DNA from: the human T2T-CHM13v2.0 reference genome, Homo sapiens | Length of the DNA: 64,000 nucleotides | Reading direction: 5' to 3' (one strand) | Assembly (NCBI RefSeq): GCF_009914755.1 | Contig: NC_060947.1 | Shown: in pieces, positions 51,964 through 64,000 of the stretch | Layout of the letters: every line of letters starts with the position of its first letter | Numbering within the stretch: position 1 is the stretch's first letter | Position numbers and translations under genes: made by a program | Notes under the pieces: generated by a model | What the model was told of the DNA's origin: nothing | What the model saw: only the letters and a program-made list of their open reading frames with translations | Databases searched by the model: none

Positions 51964-54900
51964 AAGTGATGTTAAAATTTTTATAGGGACTGCATTGCAT
52001 CTGTAGATTGCTTTAGGCAGTATGGTCATTTTCACAATATTCACTCTTCCAATCAATAAGCATGGGATGCATTTTTATTTTATCTGTGTCATCTATTATT
52101 TCTTTCAGCAGTATATTGTAGCTCTCCTTATAGAGATTTTTCACTTCCTTTGTTTAAGGATACTCCTGGGTATTTTATTTTTTCAGTTGCTATTGTAAAA
52201 GGAATTGAGTTCTTGATTTGATTATCAGCTTGGTCAGTGTTGGTGTATAGCAGTGCTACTGATTTGTGTGCATTACTTTTGTAATCAGACTTTACTGAAT
52301 TCACTTATCAGATGAAGGAGCCTTTTGGAGGAGTCTTTAATGTCTTCTAGGTATAAGATTATATTATCAGCAAAAAGAGGTAGTTTGACTTTTTGTCCTA
52401 TTTGGATGCCCTTTATTTCTTTCTCTCACCTGGTTGCTCTGGCTAAAACTTCTAGCATTAAGTTGAATAGAAGTGATGAAAATAGGCAACCTTGTTCCAA
52501 TTCTTAGGGGGAACGTTTACAACTTTTCTCCATTGAGTATGATGTTGGCTGTGGGTTTGTCATATGGTTTTTAATATTTTGAGGTATATTTCTTATATGG
52601 CTAGTTTGTTGACAGTTTTTATTCTAAAGAAATGCTAGATATTATTGAATGTTTTTTTCTTATTTATTGAGATAATCATGTGATTTTTGTTTTTAATTCT
52701 GTTTATGGGATGAATCATATTTATTTACCTGGATATGTTGAAACATTCCTGCATCCCTGGGATGAAACCCAATTTATCATGGAGAATTATCTTTTTGATA
52801 TACTGTTGGATTAGGTTTGGTAGTATTTTTTCAGGATTTTTGCATCTATAATTCATCAGGAATATTTGTCTGTAGTTTTCATTTTTTATGCCCTTTCCTG
52901 GCTTTGATATCAGGGTAATAATGGCTTTGTAAAATAACTTAGGGAGGATATTTAAGATTCTTCTCAATCTTTTGGAATAGTTTTACTGGAATTGATACCA
53001 ACTATTCTTTGAATGTTTTGTAGAATTCAACTGTGAATCTGGAATCTCTCTAGCCCCGAGATTTTTTTTTTTTTGTTCTTGGCAGTTTTCTTTTTTTAAT
53101 TATGAATTCAGTCTCACTGATTATTATTGGTTTGTTCAGAATTTGTTTCTTCCTGATTCAAGCTGTGTGTGTGCATATGTTACCAGAAATTTATTCAGTT
53201 CCTCTAGATTTTCTAGTTTGTGAGCATAGAGTTGTTCATGGTAGTGTCAAATAATCCTTTGCATTATTATGTTGTTGGTTGTTATGTCCCAATTTTCATT
53301 TCTAGTTGAATTTATTTGAATCTTTTATTGTCTTTTCTTGGTTAACATAGCTAATGGTCTACCAATTTTGTTTATCTTTTCAAAGAACAATCTTCTTATT
53401 TTATTAATTTTTGGGGGGAATCAAATTCATTTAGTTCTTTTCTGATCTTCATTTCCTTTCTTTTACTAGCTTTGAATTTGGTTTGTTCTTGTTTCTCTAG
53501 TTCCTTGATGTGTTTTGTCAGGTTGTCAATTTGTGATCATTCAGATTTTTTGATGTAGGTGTTTAGTGCTATAAAGTTTCCTCTTAGCCCTGCTTTTGCT
53601 GTATGCCAGAGGTTTTGATAACTTGTGTCACTGTTATCATTTATTTCAAATAATTTTTAAATTTCCATCTTGATTTCATTGTTAAGCCAAAAATTTTTCA
53701 GAAGCATATTGTTTAAATTTTATACATTTGTATAATTTTGAGAGTTCCTGTTGGAATTGATTTCTGCTTTTATTCCACTGTGATTTGAGAAGATGCTCGG
53801 TATGATTTTGATTTATAAAAATTTATTGAGGCTTGTTTTCTGGGCTATCATATCATCTATCTTGGAAAATGTTATGTGTGGTGATAATGTATTTTCTGCA
53901 GTTCTTGGGAAAATATTCTATAAATATTTGTTAGGTCCACTTGTTCTAGAGTGCAGTTTAAGTTTAGTCCTTCTTCATTGACTTTCTGCTTCAATGATCT
54001 GTCTCTTGTTGTCAGTGGAGTGTTGAAGTCCTCCATTACTACTGCGTCACTGTCTATCTCTTTTCTTAGGTCTGGTAGTAATTGTTTTATGAACCTAGGA
54101 GCTCCAGAGTTAGGTGCATATATAATTAGGATTGTAATATCTTCTTGTTGGAATTTTCCTTTTATCATTATATAACCTTCTTTGTCTTTTACTATTGTTG
54201 TTCTAAAGTCTGTTTTATGTGATATAAGAATAACTACTCCTGAATGCTTTTGGTTTTCATTTACATATGGTATATTTTTCCACCCCTTTACCTTGAATCC
54301 ATAAGAATTATTTTGTGTTACATGACTCTCTGGAAGATAGCAGATATTTGGTTTGTAACTTCTTATCTATTTTGCCAACCTGTATCTTTTAAGTGGAGCA
54401 TTTAGATGATTTACATTCAATGTTAATATTGAGATGTGAGGTACTATTCCAGTCTTCATGTTGACTTTTACCTAGATATTTTGTTTTCTTTATTGTGTTA
54501 TTGTTTTATAGGCCCTGTGAGTTTTATATTTACAAGAGGTTCTATTCTGGTCTATATTGAACCTCCGTTTCAAGCTTTAGAACTCCTTTTAGCATTTATT
54601 GTAGGGCTGATCTAGTGTTGATGGATAACCTCAGCAATTTGCTTGTCTGAAAAATACTTTATTTCTTCTTCATATATGAAAATTATTTTTACTGAATACA
54701 AAATTCTCAGGTGACACTTATTCTGTTTAAGAAGGCTAAAGATAGGACCCCAATTGGTTCTGGTTTATAAGGTTTCTGCTTAGAAGTCTGCTTTTAGACT
54801 GATAAGTTTTTCTTTATAAGTTATCTGATGCTTTTGTCTCACTGCTTTTAGAATTTTTTTTCCTTCACATTGACTTTATATAGCCTGATGAATGTGTGCT

Positions 54901-56290
54901 TTGGTGATGTCCTTTTTGCAATTAATCTCCCATGAGTTTTTTGAGCTTCTTGTATTTGCATGTCTGTATCTCTAGCAAGACCAAGAAATTTTCCCTCAAT
55001 TATTCCCTCAAATATTTTTTCCAAACTTTTTGCCTTTTCTTCTCCCTCAAGAACACCTTTGATTCTTAGGTTTGGCCATTTTGTATAATCCCATATTTTT
55101 TGGAGACTTTATTTCATGTAATTGTTTTTTTTTTAATTTATTTTTGTCCAATTGGATTAATTCAAAAGCTTTCTCTTTGAGTTCTGAAATTCCTTCTACT
55201 TGGTCTAATCTATTGTTAAAACTTTCCACTGCATTTTGTAGTTCAATAAATTGTATTTTATTTTCAGAAGTTCTGATTATTGTTTCTTTAAATTATCCAT
55301 TTCATTAGAAGAATTTTCACTCATATCCTGAATTGTTTCAATAATTTTTTTATGTTGGTTTTTAACTTTCCTTTGTGTCTCCTTGAGTGACTTAATAACC
55401 TTTTAAATTCTTCATCTGGTTTTTCAAAGATTTTGTTTTCACTTGGATCCAATGCTGGAGAGATAGTATGATCTTTTTCAGATGTTATAGAACCCAGTTT
55501 TTGTTTATATTGTCAGAATTATTTTTTTGGTTTCTTCTCACTTGGGTAGTCTATTTCTTCTAATTATTTTTGCATTTATTTTTTATTCCATTGGGTTTGC
55601 TTTTATAAAGTAATTTTTCCCCCTTTGAGTATGTGACTTTAATGTTTATAGTTTATTGTTACCTAGCTTTGGCTCTGGGTGTTTTCAGTGGTAAAGATTC
55701 TGTGTGAGTTCCTTGGTAACAGAGAATGTTTGTGTGATGGTTTTCTCAGGTGCTGCTTCTAGTAGTGATGTGCTAGAGGCGTGAGCAAGTTCTCCATCTC
55801 CTCTGGGGCTGGAATGGCAGAGGTCCCATAAAGCTTATCTTGTTCCCCCAGTAGTTTGCACTTAAAAAAAAAATCCCCAGTATTTTTTTCACTTGGTTGA
55901 ACAGTTCAGGCTTCAGGCCAGTAGGAGCAATCCACAAGGAAAAACTGGCTGTGACTAAAGCAGGTGAGTAAATGTAATACCCCAATAGTGAGAAGTCCCA
56001 TCCTTGACAGAGGTGTCTGGGAAAGTACTCAGTGAAATGCGCTGATATCTTTTCAGTGGGAAGTGAGGGAGACACCAGGGCTGCACTTACAGGTCAATGG
56101 GAAAGCAATCTGCCTCCCAATCATCCTCTTGACTCAGTGTTCTGGCTATTCAGATCAGACAGGCACCTCTTTTCATATGCAGGAATGCTGATGTTCCAAG
56201 TAGAGAAAGATTGTGACTGTCTCCTGCAACCTGGAAGGCACTCCTCCTGTGGGGATGTAGTCACCCTGGAGTGTTTCAGAAAGTCTGTAC

Positions 56291-56424
56291 ACTTAAAGTA
56301 TAATAATAATAATAATAATATATATATAATAAATAATTTTAAGATTTCAAAAAAAATTAAAACAAATGTGGGTCGGTTCGGGAGCAACAAATCTTTTCTT
56401 TTTTATTATTTAATGTTCAAAATT

Positions 56425-56465
<41 letters not shown>

Positions 56466-56504
56466 CCAATAAATGAAACCTGATGACTGAAAAAAAAAAA
56501 AAGA
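56291..56504 (+). mobile_element. Extremely 5'-truncated L1PA tail plus ~190 bp 3'-transduced sequence with its own poly(A)
   Basis: acttaaagtataata (L1PA terminus), (AAT)n, non-L1 sequence, AATAAA at 56468-56473, poly(A) at 56490-56502. TSD agaaagtctgta at 56278-56289 and 56505-56516. Confidence 0.85.
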
Positions 56505-57771
56505 AGAAAGTCTGTATACAGATGCATCTACATAGAACTCCTGTGGAGAAGCCCCACCTGTGTCTGCAGTGATGGGTGTGAAGGGAAAAGAAGTCTCCTT
56601 CTTCAGGACCCTTCATGAGTGCCTGGGCTGTCTGACTGTTGGGATAAAGCTGCAGACTTTTCCCACTGAGCCTAGCAGTGCAACTATGTCTCTGCTGAAA
56701 GAAACTTCCCACAAGTGGAAAGTTCAGGAATGCTTGGCCTGCAGTCTGTTTATTTTCTCCCATGGGGTGCTTTCTTAATGTGGCACAGCCTCCCCATTTC
56801 CCCTTCCCCTAAGAGTAGCAGTCCCTGAGGGCCAAACTACTATATCTTTAAACTCCTCTGGGTCTAGCCACCCAGTGGGGCTGCCACACTTCAGGCTGAT
56901 GCCATAGAGTGTTTACAAGGAATCCAGTAATGTGACCTGTCTGTCCTCTTGTCTCCTAGCAGTGGGTCCCAGCACCGGCCCTGATGGGGGTGGGAAGGGA
57001 GTGAAATAGACTATGGAGATTTTCTTGGTTATTAATAACATTACTATGTTGGCTTTCTCAAATGCCAGCTCTAGTAGTAATGTACTGGGCACATGGACAG
57101 ACTCAAGATCTCTTGCTTAGCCAGAATGATGCAGACAATTATTATAGCTGAGGTTGCACAAAAAGTTTTCTTTTTCCTAAACACTGTGTTATTGTGCCTG
57201 CAGATGTTATAATGTTCTGTGCTGGTTGTCCACCAGCTAGGAGGTGGCACTTGCAATAGATTGCCTGCTACAGTGGTAGCAGTGGTATTTGTTCTTGTTC
57301 TATGTTACCCAGAAGAGGTACTCTGGTGTCTTAGGAGGTGGATAAGGCCATGGAGCTCCCCAAAGTCCCTGTGCTTTGTGTTATACTACCACGGCAAGAA
57401 AAGGGCAAAGTTGGTGGAGGCTGGGTCAAGCAAGTCCACACTCTGGCTCCTTACATGTGGGTGCAAGCAGCAGCTTCAATGGGAATCAGAGGGCAGTTCC
57501 CTAGTTGCTGGGGTAATATTTCAGGAAGAAGCACAGCTGCCTCTGCTGCATAAAAGTTTCACATGGGAAGCAGAGAGTAGCAGGTGGCTGTAAGCTCCAT
57601 TCAGCTCCCATGTACTTGACAAGACAGGTCTCACACAACAGTGTTCTGCTAGCAGCAGCTACTTGGGTTCCAGGCAGCCTTCACTCAGAAGTCAAAACTG
57701 CCCCAGGCCATAAGCTTTTTAACCAAGACAGAAACCATAGATTTCAAGCCACACTTCTCACAAGCTACCCA

Positions 57772-60700
57772 TGAATCAGAAAACATACAAGCCAGAGGAG
57801 ATTAGGGGCCTATATTCAACATAATTAAAGAAAAAATATTGGAACCAAGAATTTTATATCCAGCCAAACCAAGCTTCAATAAGAAGAAATAACATCCTAT
57901 TCAGGCAAGCCAGTACTGAGGGAATTCATTACCTCCAGACCTACCTTGCAAGAGCTCCTAAAAGAAGGAGCTTTCCTATAAAAAGGAAAGACCATTACCT
58001 ACCACTACAAAAGCACCCTTGAGTACATAGACCAGAGATAGTATAAAGCAACTATACAAAAATGTCTGGATAAAACCAGCTAACGTAATGATGACAGTGT
58101 CAAAGCCACACATATCAATACTAACCTTAAATATAAACAGTCTACATGCCTCAATTAAAAGGCACAGAGTGGCACATTGGACAAAGAACCAAGTCCCATT
58201 GGTGTGCTGTCTTCAAGAGACCCATCTCACATGCAATGACACCCATTGGCTCAAAATAAAGGGATAAAGAAAAAATCTACCAAACAAATGGAAATCAGAA
58301 AAAGCAGGGGTTGCAATCCTAATTTCAGACAAAACAGACTTTAAACCAACAAAGATCAAATAAGACAACAAACAGCATTCCATAATGGTAAAGGGTTCAA
58401 TTCAACAAGAAGACCTATTATAAACACATATGCACCCAATACAGGAGCACCAAGATTCATAAAGCAAGTTCTTAGAGACCATCAAAGAAAGTTAAAATCC
58501 CATACAATAATAGTGGGAATCTTCAGCAACCCACTGACAGTATTAGACAGAACATCAAGGCCCAGAATTAACAAAGATATTCAGGACCTGAACCCAGCAC
58601 TGGACCAAATGGATTTGATAGACATATACAAAATTCTCCACCCAAAAGCAACAGAATATACATTTTTTTCACTGCCACATGGCACATACTCTAAAATCAA
58701 CCACATGATCAAATATATAAAAAAAAGCAAATGTAAAAGAACCAAAAATATAATAACAACACCCTCAGATAACAGCACAATAAAAATATAATTTCAGACT
58801 AAGAAAATTCCTCAAAACCATACAATTATATGGAAATTAAACAATCTGCTCTTGAATGACTTTGGGGTAAATAATGAAATTAGGCAGGTCGCAAGAAGTT
58901 CTTTGAGACTAATGGGAACAAAGATACAACATACCAGAATTTCTGGGACACAACTAAGGCAGTGTTAAGCAGTACATTTATAGCACTAAACACCCACATC
59001 AACAGGTGAGAAATATTTCAAATTAACAATCTAACATTACAACTAGGAGCTAGAGTAGCAAAAACAAATGAACCCCAAAGCTAGCAGAAGACAAGAATTA
59101 ACCAAAATCAGAGCTGAACTGAAGGAGATTGCAATATGAAAAACCATTCAAAATATGAACGAACCAATGAGCCATTTTTAAAAAATATAGGATAAATAGA
59201 CTGCTAGCTGGACTCATAAAAAGGAAGCAGAGAAGATTCAAATGAACTAAATTAGAAATGACTAAAGAAGTATTACCAATAAACACTCAGAAATATTATG
59301 GTTATACAAATAACAATCATATTATTATGAACACCTCTATGCACACAACTAAAAAATCAAGAAGAAATGGAAGAATTCCTGGACACATGCAATCTCCCAA
59401 GGCAAAAGCAGAAATAAATTGAATCCATGAACAGAACAATAAAGAGCTCCAAAATTGAATCAGTAATAAATAGCCTGCCAACCAAACAACAACAACAACA
59501 ACAGAAAGCCCAGGATCAGAAGAATGCACAGCTGAATTCCACCAGAGGTAAAAAGAAGAGCTGGTACCATTTCTACTGAAAATCTTCCAAAATATTAATA
59601 AGGAAGGTCTCCTCCCCACTGCATTCTATGAGGCCAGCATTATCCTGACATCAAAACCTAGCAGAAATACAATAACAACAAAAGAGACAACTTCAGGCCA
59701 ATATCCTTCATGAACATCGTTGCAAAAATCCTGAATAAAACACCGATAAACTAAATCCTGCAACACATCAAAAAAATGAATCTGCCATGATCAAGTCAGC
59801 TTTTTCAAGATTGCTTCAACATATGCAAGTCAATAAACATGATTTATCTTATAAACAGAACTAAAGACAAAAACCAGATAATCATCTCAATAGATACAGA
59901 AAAGGTTTTTGATAAAATTTAATATCCTTCATGTTAAAAGCTCTCAACAAACTAGATTTTGAAGGAACATACCTCAAAATAATGAGAGTCACGTATGAAA
60001 AACTCACTACCAACATCATACTGAATGGGGAAAAGCTAGAAGCGTTCACCTTGAAAACCCAAATATATTGGAAGTCCTGGCCAGAGCAATCAGGCAAGAG
60101 AAAGAAATAAACAGCATCAAAATAAGAGAAAAGGAAGTGAAAGTATTTCTGTTTGCAGACCACATGATTCTATATCTAGAAAACCCTGTATTCCCTGCCC
60201 AAAAGTTTCATAATTGAAAACAACTTCAACAAAGCTTTAGAATTTGAAATCAATGTACAAAAATCACTATCGTTTTAATATACCACCAACAGCCAAGCCA
60301 AGAACCAAATCAGGAAGCCCATTCACAATTTCCATAAAAAATAAAATACCTAGGCATACAGCTAACCAGAGAAGTGAAAGATCTCTACAAGGATAACTAC
60401 AAAAGACTGCTCAAAGAAATCAGGATGACACAAACAAATGAAAAAGCATTCCATGCTTATATTTAGGAATAATTAATATGTTAAAAGTGGCTATTTGGCC
60501 CAAATTCATTAAAGATTCAATGCTCTTCCTATCAATCTACCAATGACATTCTTCACAGAACTAGAAAAAACTATTTTAAAATTTATATGGAACCATAAAA
60601 AAGCCTGAATAGCCAAGGCAATCCTAAGCAAAAAGCACAAAGCTGGAGCATGATGCTACCCAACTTCAAACTATACTATAGGGCTGCAATAATCAAAACT

Positions 60701-62075
60701 GCATGGTACTGGTACACAAACAAAAACATAGACCAATGTAACAGAATAGATAGCTTAGAAGTAACACTGCACACCTTTAACCATCTCATCTTTGGCAAAG
60801 CTAACAAAAACAAGCAATAGAAAAAAAACCCTCCCTGTTCAATAAATGATGCTGGGATAACTGGCTATCTATATGCATAAAATTGAACCTGGAACCCTTC
60901 CTTACACTATATACAAAAATCAACTCAAGATTTATTAAAGACTGAAGTGTAAAAACAAACGAACAAAACTATAAAAACCCTGGGAGACAACCTAGGGAAT
61001 ATCATTCTGGGCATAGGAACTTGCAAAGAGTTTATAATGAAGATGCTGAAAGCAATTGCAACAAAAGCAATAATTGACAAATTAGATCGAAAGAGCTTTT
61101 CCACAGAAAAATAAGCTATCAACAGAGTAAACAGACAATTTATAGAATATTAGAAAATATTTGCAAGTTATGCATCTGGCAAAGGTCTAATATCCAGCAT
61201 CTGTAAGGATCTTAAACAAATTTACAAGAAAAAAAGTGGGCAAAGGACATTAACAGACACTTTTCAAAACAAAACATGCATGCAGCCAACAAGCATATAG
61301 AAAAGCTCAATATCACTGATCTTTACAGCAATGCAACTCGAAACCACAATAAGATACCATCTCATACCATTTTAATAATGGCTATTATTAAAAAGATGCT
61401 GGCGAGTTTGTGGAGAAAAAGGAATGATTTCCCTCTGTTGGTGGGAGTGCAAATTATTTCAACCATTGTAGAAAGCAGTGCGGCACAACTCCTCAAAGAG
61501 CTTAATATAGACTTGCCATTCTAAATTCCATTACTGGGTATATATACAAAGGAATATCAATCGTTCTATCATAAAGACACATGCACATGTATGTTCATTG
61601 CAGCACTCTTCACAATAGCAAAGACATGAAATCAATGTAATGTCCATCAAAGGTAAATTGAATAAAGAAAATGTGGTACATATACACCATAGAATATTAT
61701 GGAGCCTTAAAGAAGACTGAGATCATGTCCATTGTAGGTACATAGTTGGAACTGGAGGCCATTATCCCTAGAAAACTAATGCAGAAACAGAAAATCAAAT
61801 ACTGCATGTTCCCATTTGTAAGTGGAAGCTAAATGATGAGGACACACACACACACACAAACACATATACACACAAAGAGGAACAACAGACATGGAGGCCT
61901 ACCTGAGGGCAGAAGGTGGGAGGATAGAGAGGAGCAGACAAAATAACTTTTGAGTTACAAGGCTTCGTACCTTGGTAATGAAGTAATGTATACTACAAAC
62001 CCCCATGACACAAGTTTATCTATATAACAAACCTGCATATCAAACCCTGAGCCTAAAATAAAATTTTAAAAAATC
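57772..62075 (+). mobile_element. Older L1PA (about PA13-16) from late ORF1 to the 3' end
   Basis: ORF1 C-terminal region, EN fragment 58513..58791, degenerate RT, and 3'UTR ending gagcctaaaataaaattttaaaaaa. Confidence 0.85.
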
Positions 62076-62320
62076 TTGTATTACAAAAAAAGTAGTTTAA
62101 ATAAGTATTCTAAACTTCACCTTAAGGTACTATAACTAAGCCTGAAGCAAGCAGATGGGAAGTTAGTCATAATGTGCAGATTAGTAATTAATACATTGAA
62201 AATAGATATACACTAGAAAAATCAAATCAAATTATACGTTCTTAAAAAATGAATAATACTGATAAACATCTATCAATAGTGACACAGAAATCTATCAGCA
62301 ATATTAAGAATGTTAAGAAT

Positions 62321-63374
62321 TGTTGCGGGAAGTCAGGGATCTCAAATGGAGGGACCAGCTGGAGCCATGGCAGAGGAACATAAATTGTGAAGATTTCATT
62401 TTAATATGGATATTTATCAGTTCCCAAATAATACCTTTATAATTTCATATGCCTGTCTTTACTTTAATCTCCTAATCCTGTTATCTTCATAAGCTGAGGA
62501 TGTACATCACCTCAGGATCACTGTGATAATTGTGTTAACTGTACAAATTGATTGTAAAACTTGTGTTTGGACAATATGAAATCAGTGCATCTTGAAAAAG
62601 AACAGAATAACAGCGATTTTTAGGGAACGAGGGAAGACAACCATAAGGTCTGACTGCCTGTGGGGTCGGGCAAAAAGAACCATATTTTTCTTCTTGCAGA
62701 GAGCCTATAAATGGACGTGCAAGTAGGAGATATCACTAAATTTTTTTCCTAGCAAGAAATATTAATATTAATACCCTGGGAGCCACTCTGGGAATGTCTG
62801 TCTTATGTGGTTGAGATGAGGACTGAGATATGCCCTGGTCTCCTTCAGTACCCTCAGGCTTACTAGGGTGGGGGAAAACTACCCTGGTAAATTTGTGGTC
62901 AGACCGTTCTCTGCTCTTGAACCCTGTTTTCTGTTGTTTAAGATGTTTATCAAGACAATACATGCACCACTGAACATAGACCCTTATTAGTAGTTCTGCT
63001 TTTGTCGTTTGTCCTGTCATCTTTGTTGGACCCTTATCAGTGGTTCTGCTTTTGCCTTTTGTCCTGTTCCCTCAGAAGCATGTGATCTTTGTTAGACCCT
63101 TATTAGTAGTTCTGCTTTTTGCCCTTTGAAGCATGTGATCTTTATACCTACTCCCTGTTCTTACACCCCCTCTCCTTTTTAAAACCCTTAATAAAAACTT
63201 GCTGGTTTGAGGCTCAGGCGAGCATCACAGTCCTACCGATATGTATTGTCACCCTGGTGGCCCAGCTGTAAAATTCCTCTCTTTGTACTGTCTCTCTTTA
63301 TTTCTCAGCCAGCCGACACTTATGGAAAATAGAAAGAACCTACGTTGAAATATTGGGGGTGGGTTCCCCCAATA
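62321..63374 (+). mobile_element. MER11 solo LTR (HERV-K11/HML-8, ERVK)
   Basis: Starts tgttgcgggaagtcaggg and ends gggttcccccaata; perfect 6-bp TSD aagaat (62315-62320 / 63375-63380); TATA-like cctataaa at ~62704; AATAAA at ~63190; internal gacccttat-agt-gttctgctttt repeats x3. Confidence 0.9.
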
Positions 63375-63774
63375 AAGAATAAAAGAGGGGATATCACTAT
63401 AGCCCTGGACAATTATATTCACAGAAATTTGACAACCTAAATGAAGTGAAGTGATTTTCTGAACAGTAAAAGTTCCAAAAGTAAACCAAGTTGAAATAGA
63501 TAACCAGAAAACTTCCATAACTATGAAGAAGTTGAATTTGTACTTGTAAAACTTTCAAAAGGGAAATGCTGAGGCTCAATTTATTTCATTAGCAAGTATA
63601 TAACATTTGAAGAAAAAATAACCCCAATTCCATATAATCTCCTTTGGAAAGAGAAAAAGAGAAAAGGTTTTCCAAGTGTCTTTTTTTTCCCCTACAGAAA
63701 GAATATCTTTGTTTATTAGCAAAGTGCTGGAACATGGAAATCTGCAACAAAACAAGATTGTGACATGCTTTAGT

Positions 63775-64000
63775 TTTTTTATTATTTTTATTTGTGTGGA
63801 TAAATAGTAGGTGTATATATTTATGAGCTGCATGAGATGTTTCGATACAGGCGTGCAATGCATAATCACATCAGTAAAGTGGGGTATCCATTTCCTCAAG
63901 CATTTATTATTTGTGTTACATACAAGCCAATTATACTCTTTTAGTCATCTTTAAATGTACAATAAAATTATTAATAACTATAGTCACCATGTTATGCTAC
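63775..64000 (-). mobile_element. L1MA-type 3' end running out of the window
   Basis: atagtaggtgtatatatttatg...gatacaggcgtgcaatgcataatcacatc...tagtcaccatgttatgcta. Confidence 0.75.

Overview
Human (primate) X-chromosome DNA that I recognise as the SPIN2B/SPIN2A locus at Xp11.21. A perfect-consensus AluYb8 indicates human. The only real protein-coding gene is a minus-strand spindlin with a single coding exon (14695-15471, 258 aa, three Tudor-like repeats, best match SPIN2A). The window opens inside the CpG-rich 5' end of its tandem paralog (SPIN2B), exactly 15,968 bp away. From about 17 kb onward the window is almost entirely nested LINE-1 elements (L1M/L1MA, L1PB, L1PA), Alus and solo LTRs (two LTR1, MER11, MLT), and most listed ORFs are L1 or Alu debris. 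The most notable structures are: (i) an L1PA2 whose two 17-bp target-site copies lie in inverted orientation (42761-42777 and 44599-44615), indicating a post-insertion L1-L1 inversion that left a chimeric L1; (ii) two neighbouring L1s of different subfamily age sharing private inactivating mutations, suggesting ectopic gene conversion; (iii) a tiny L1 3'-transduction with TSD at 56278-56516; (iv) three copies of one target site from serial insertions; (v) an in-frame exitron and NAGNAG acceptor in SPIN2A. Repeat subfamily names are from memory of consensus sequences, not from a search.
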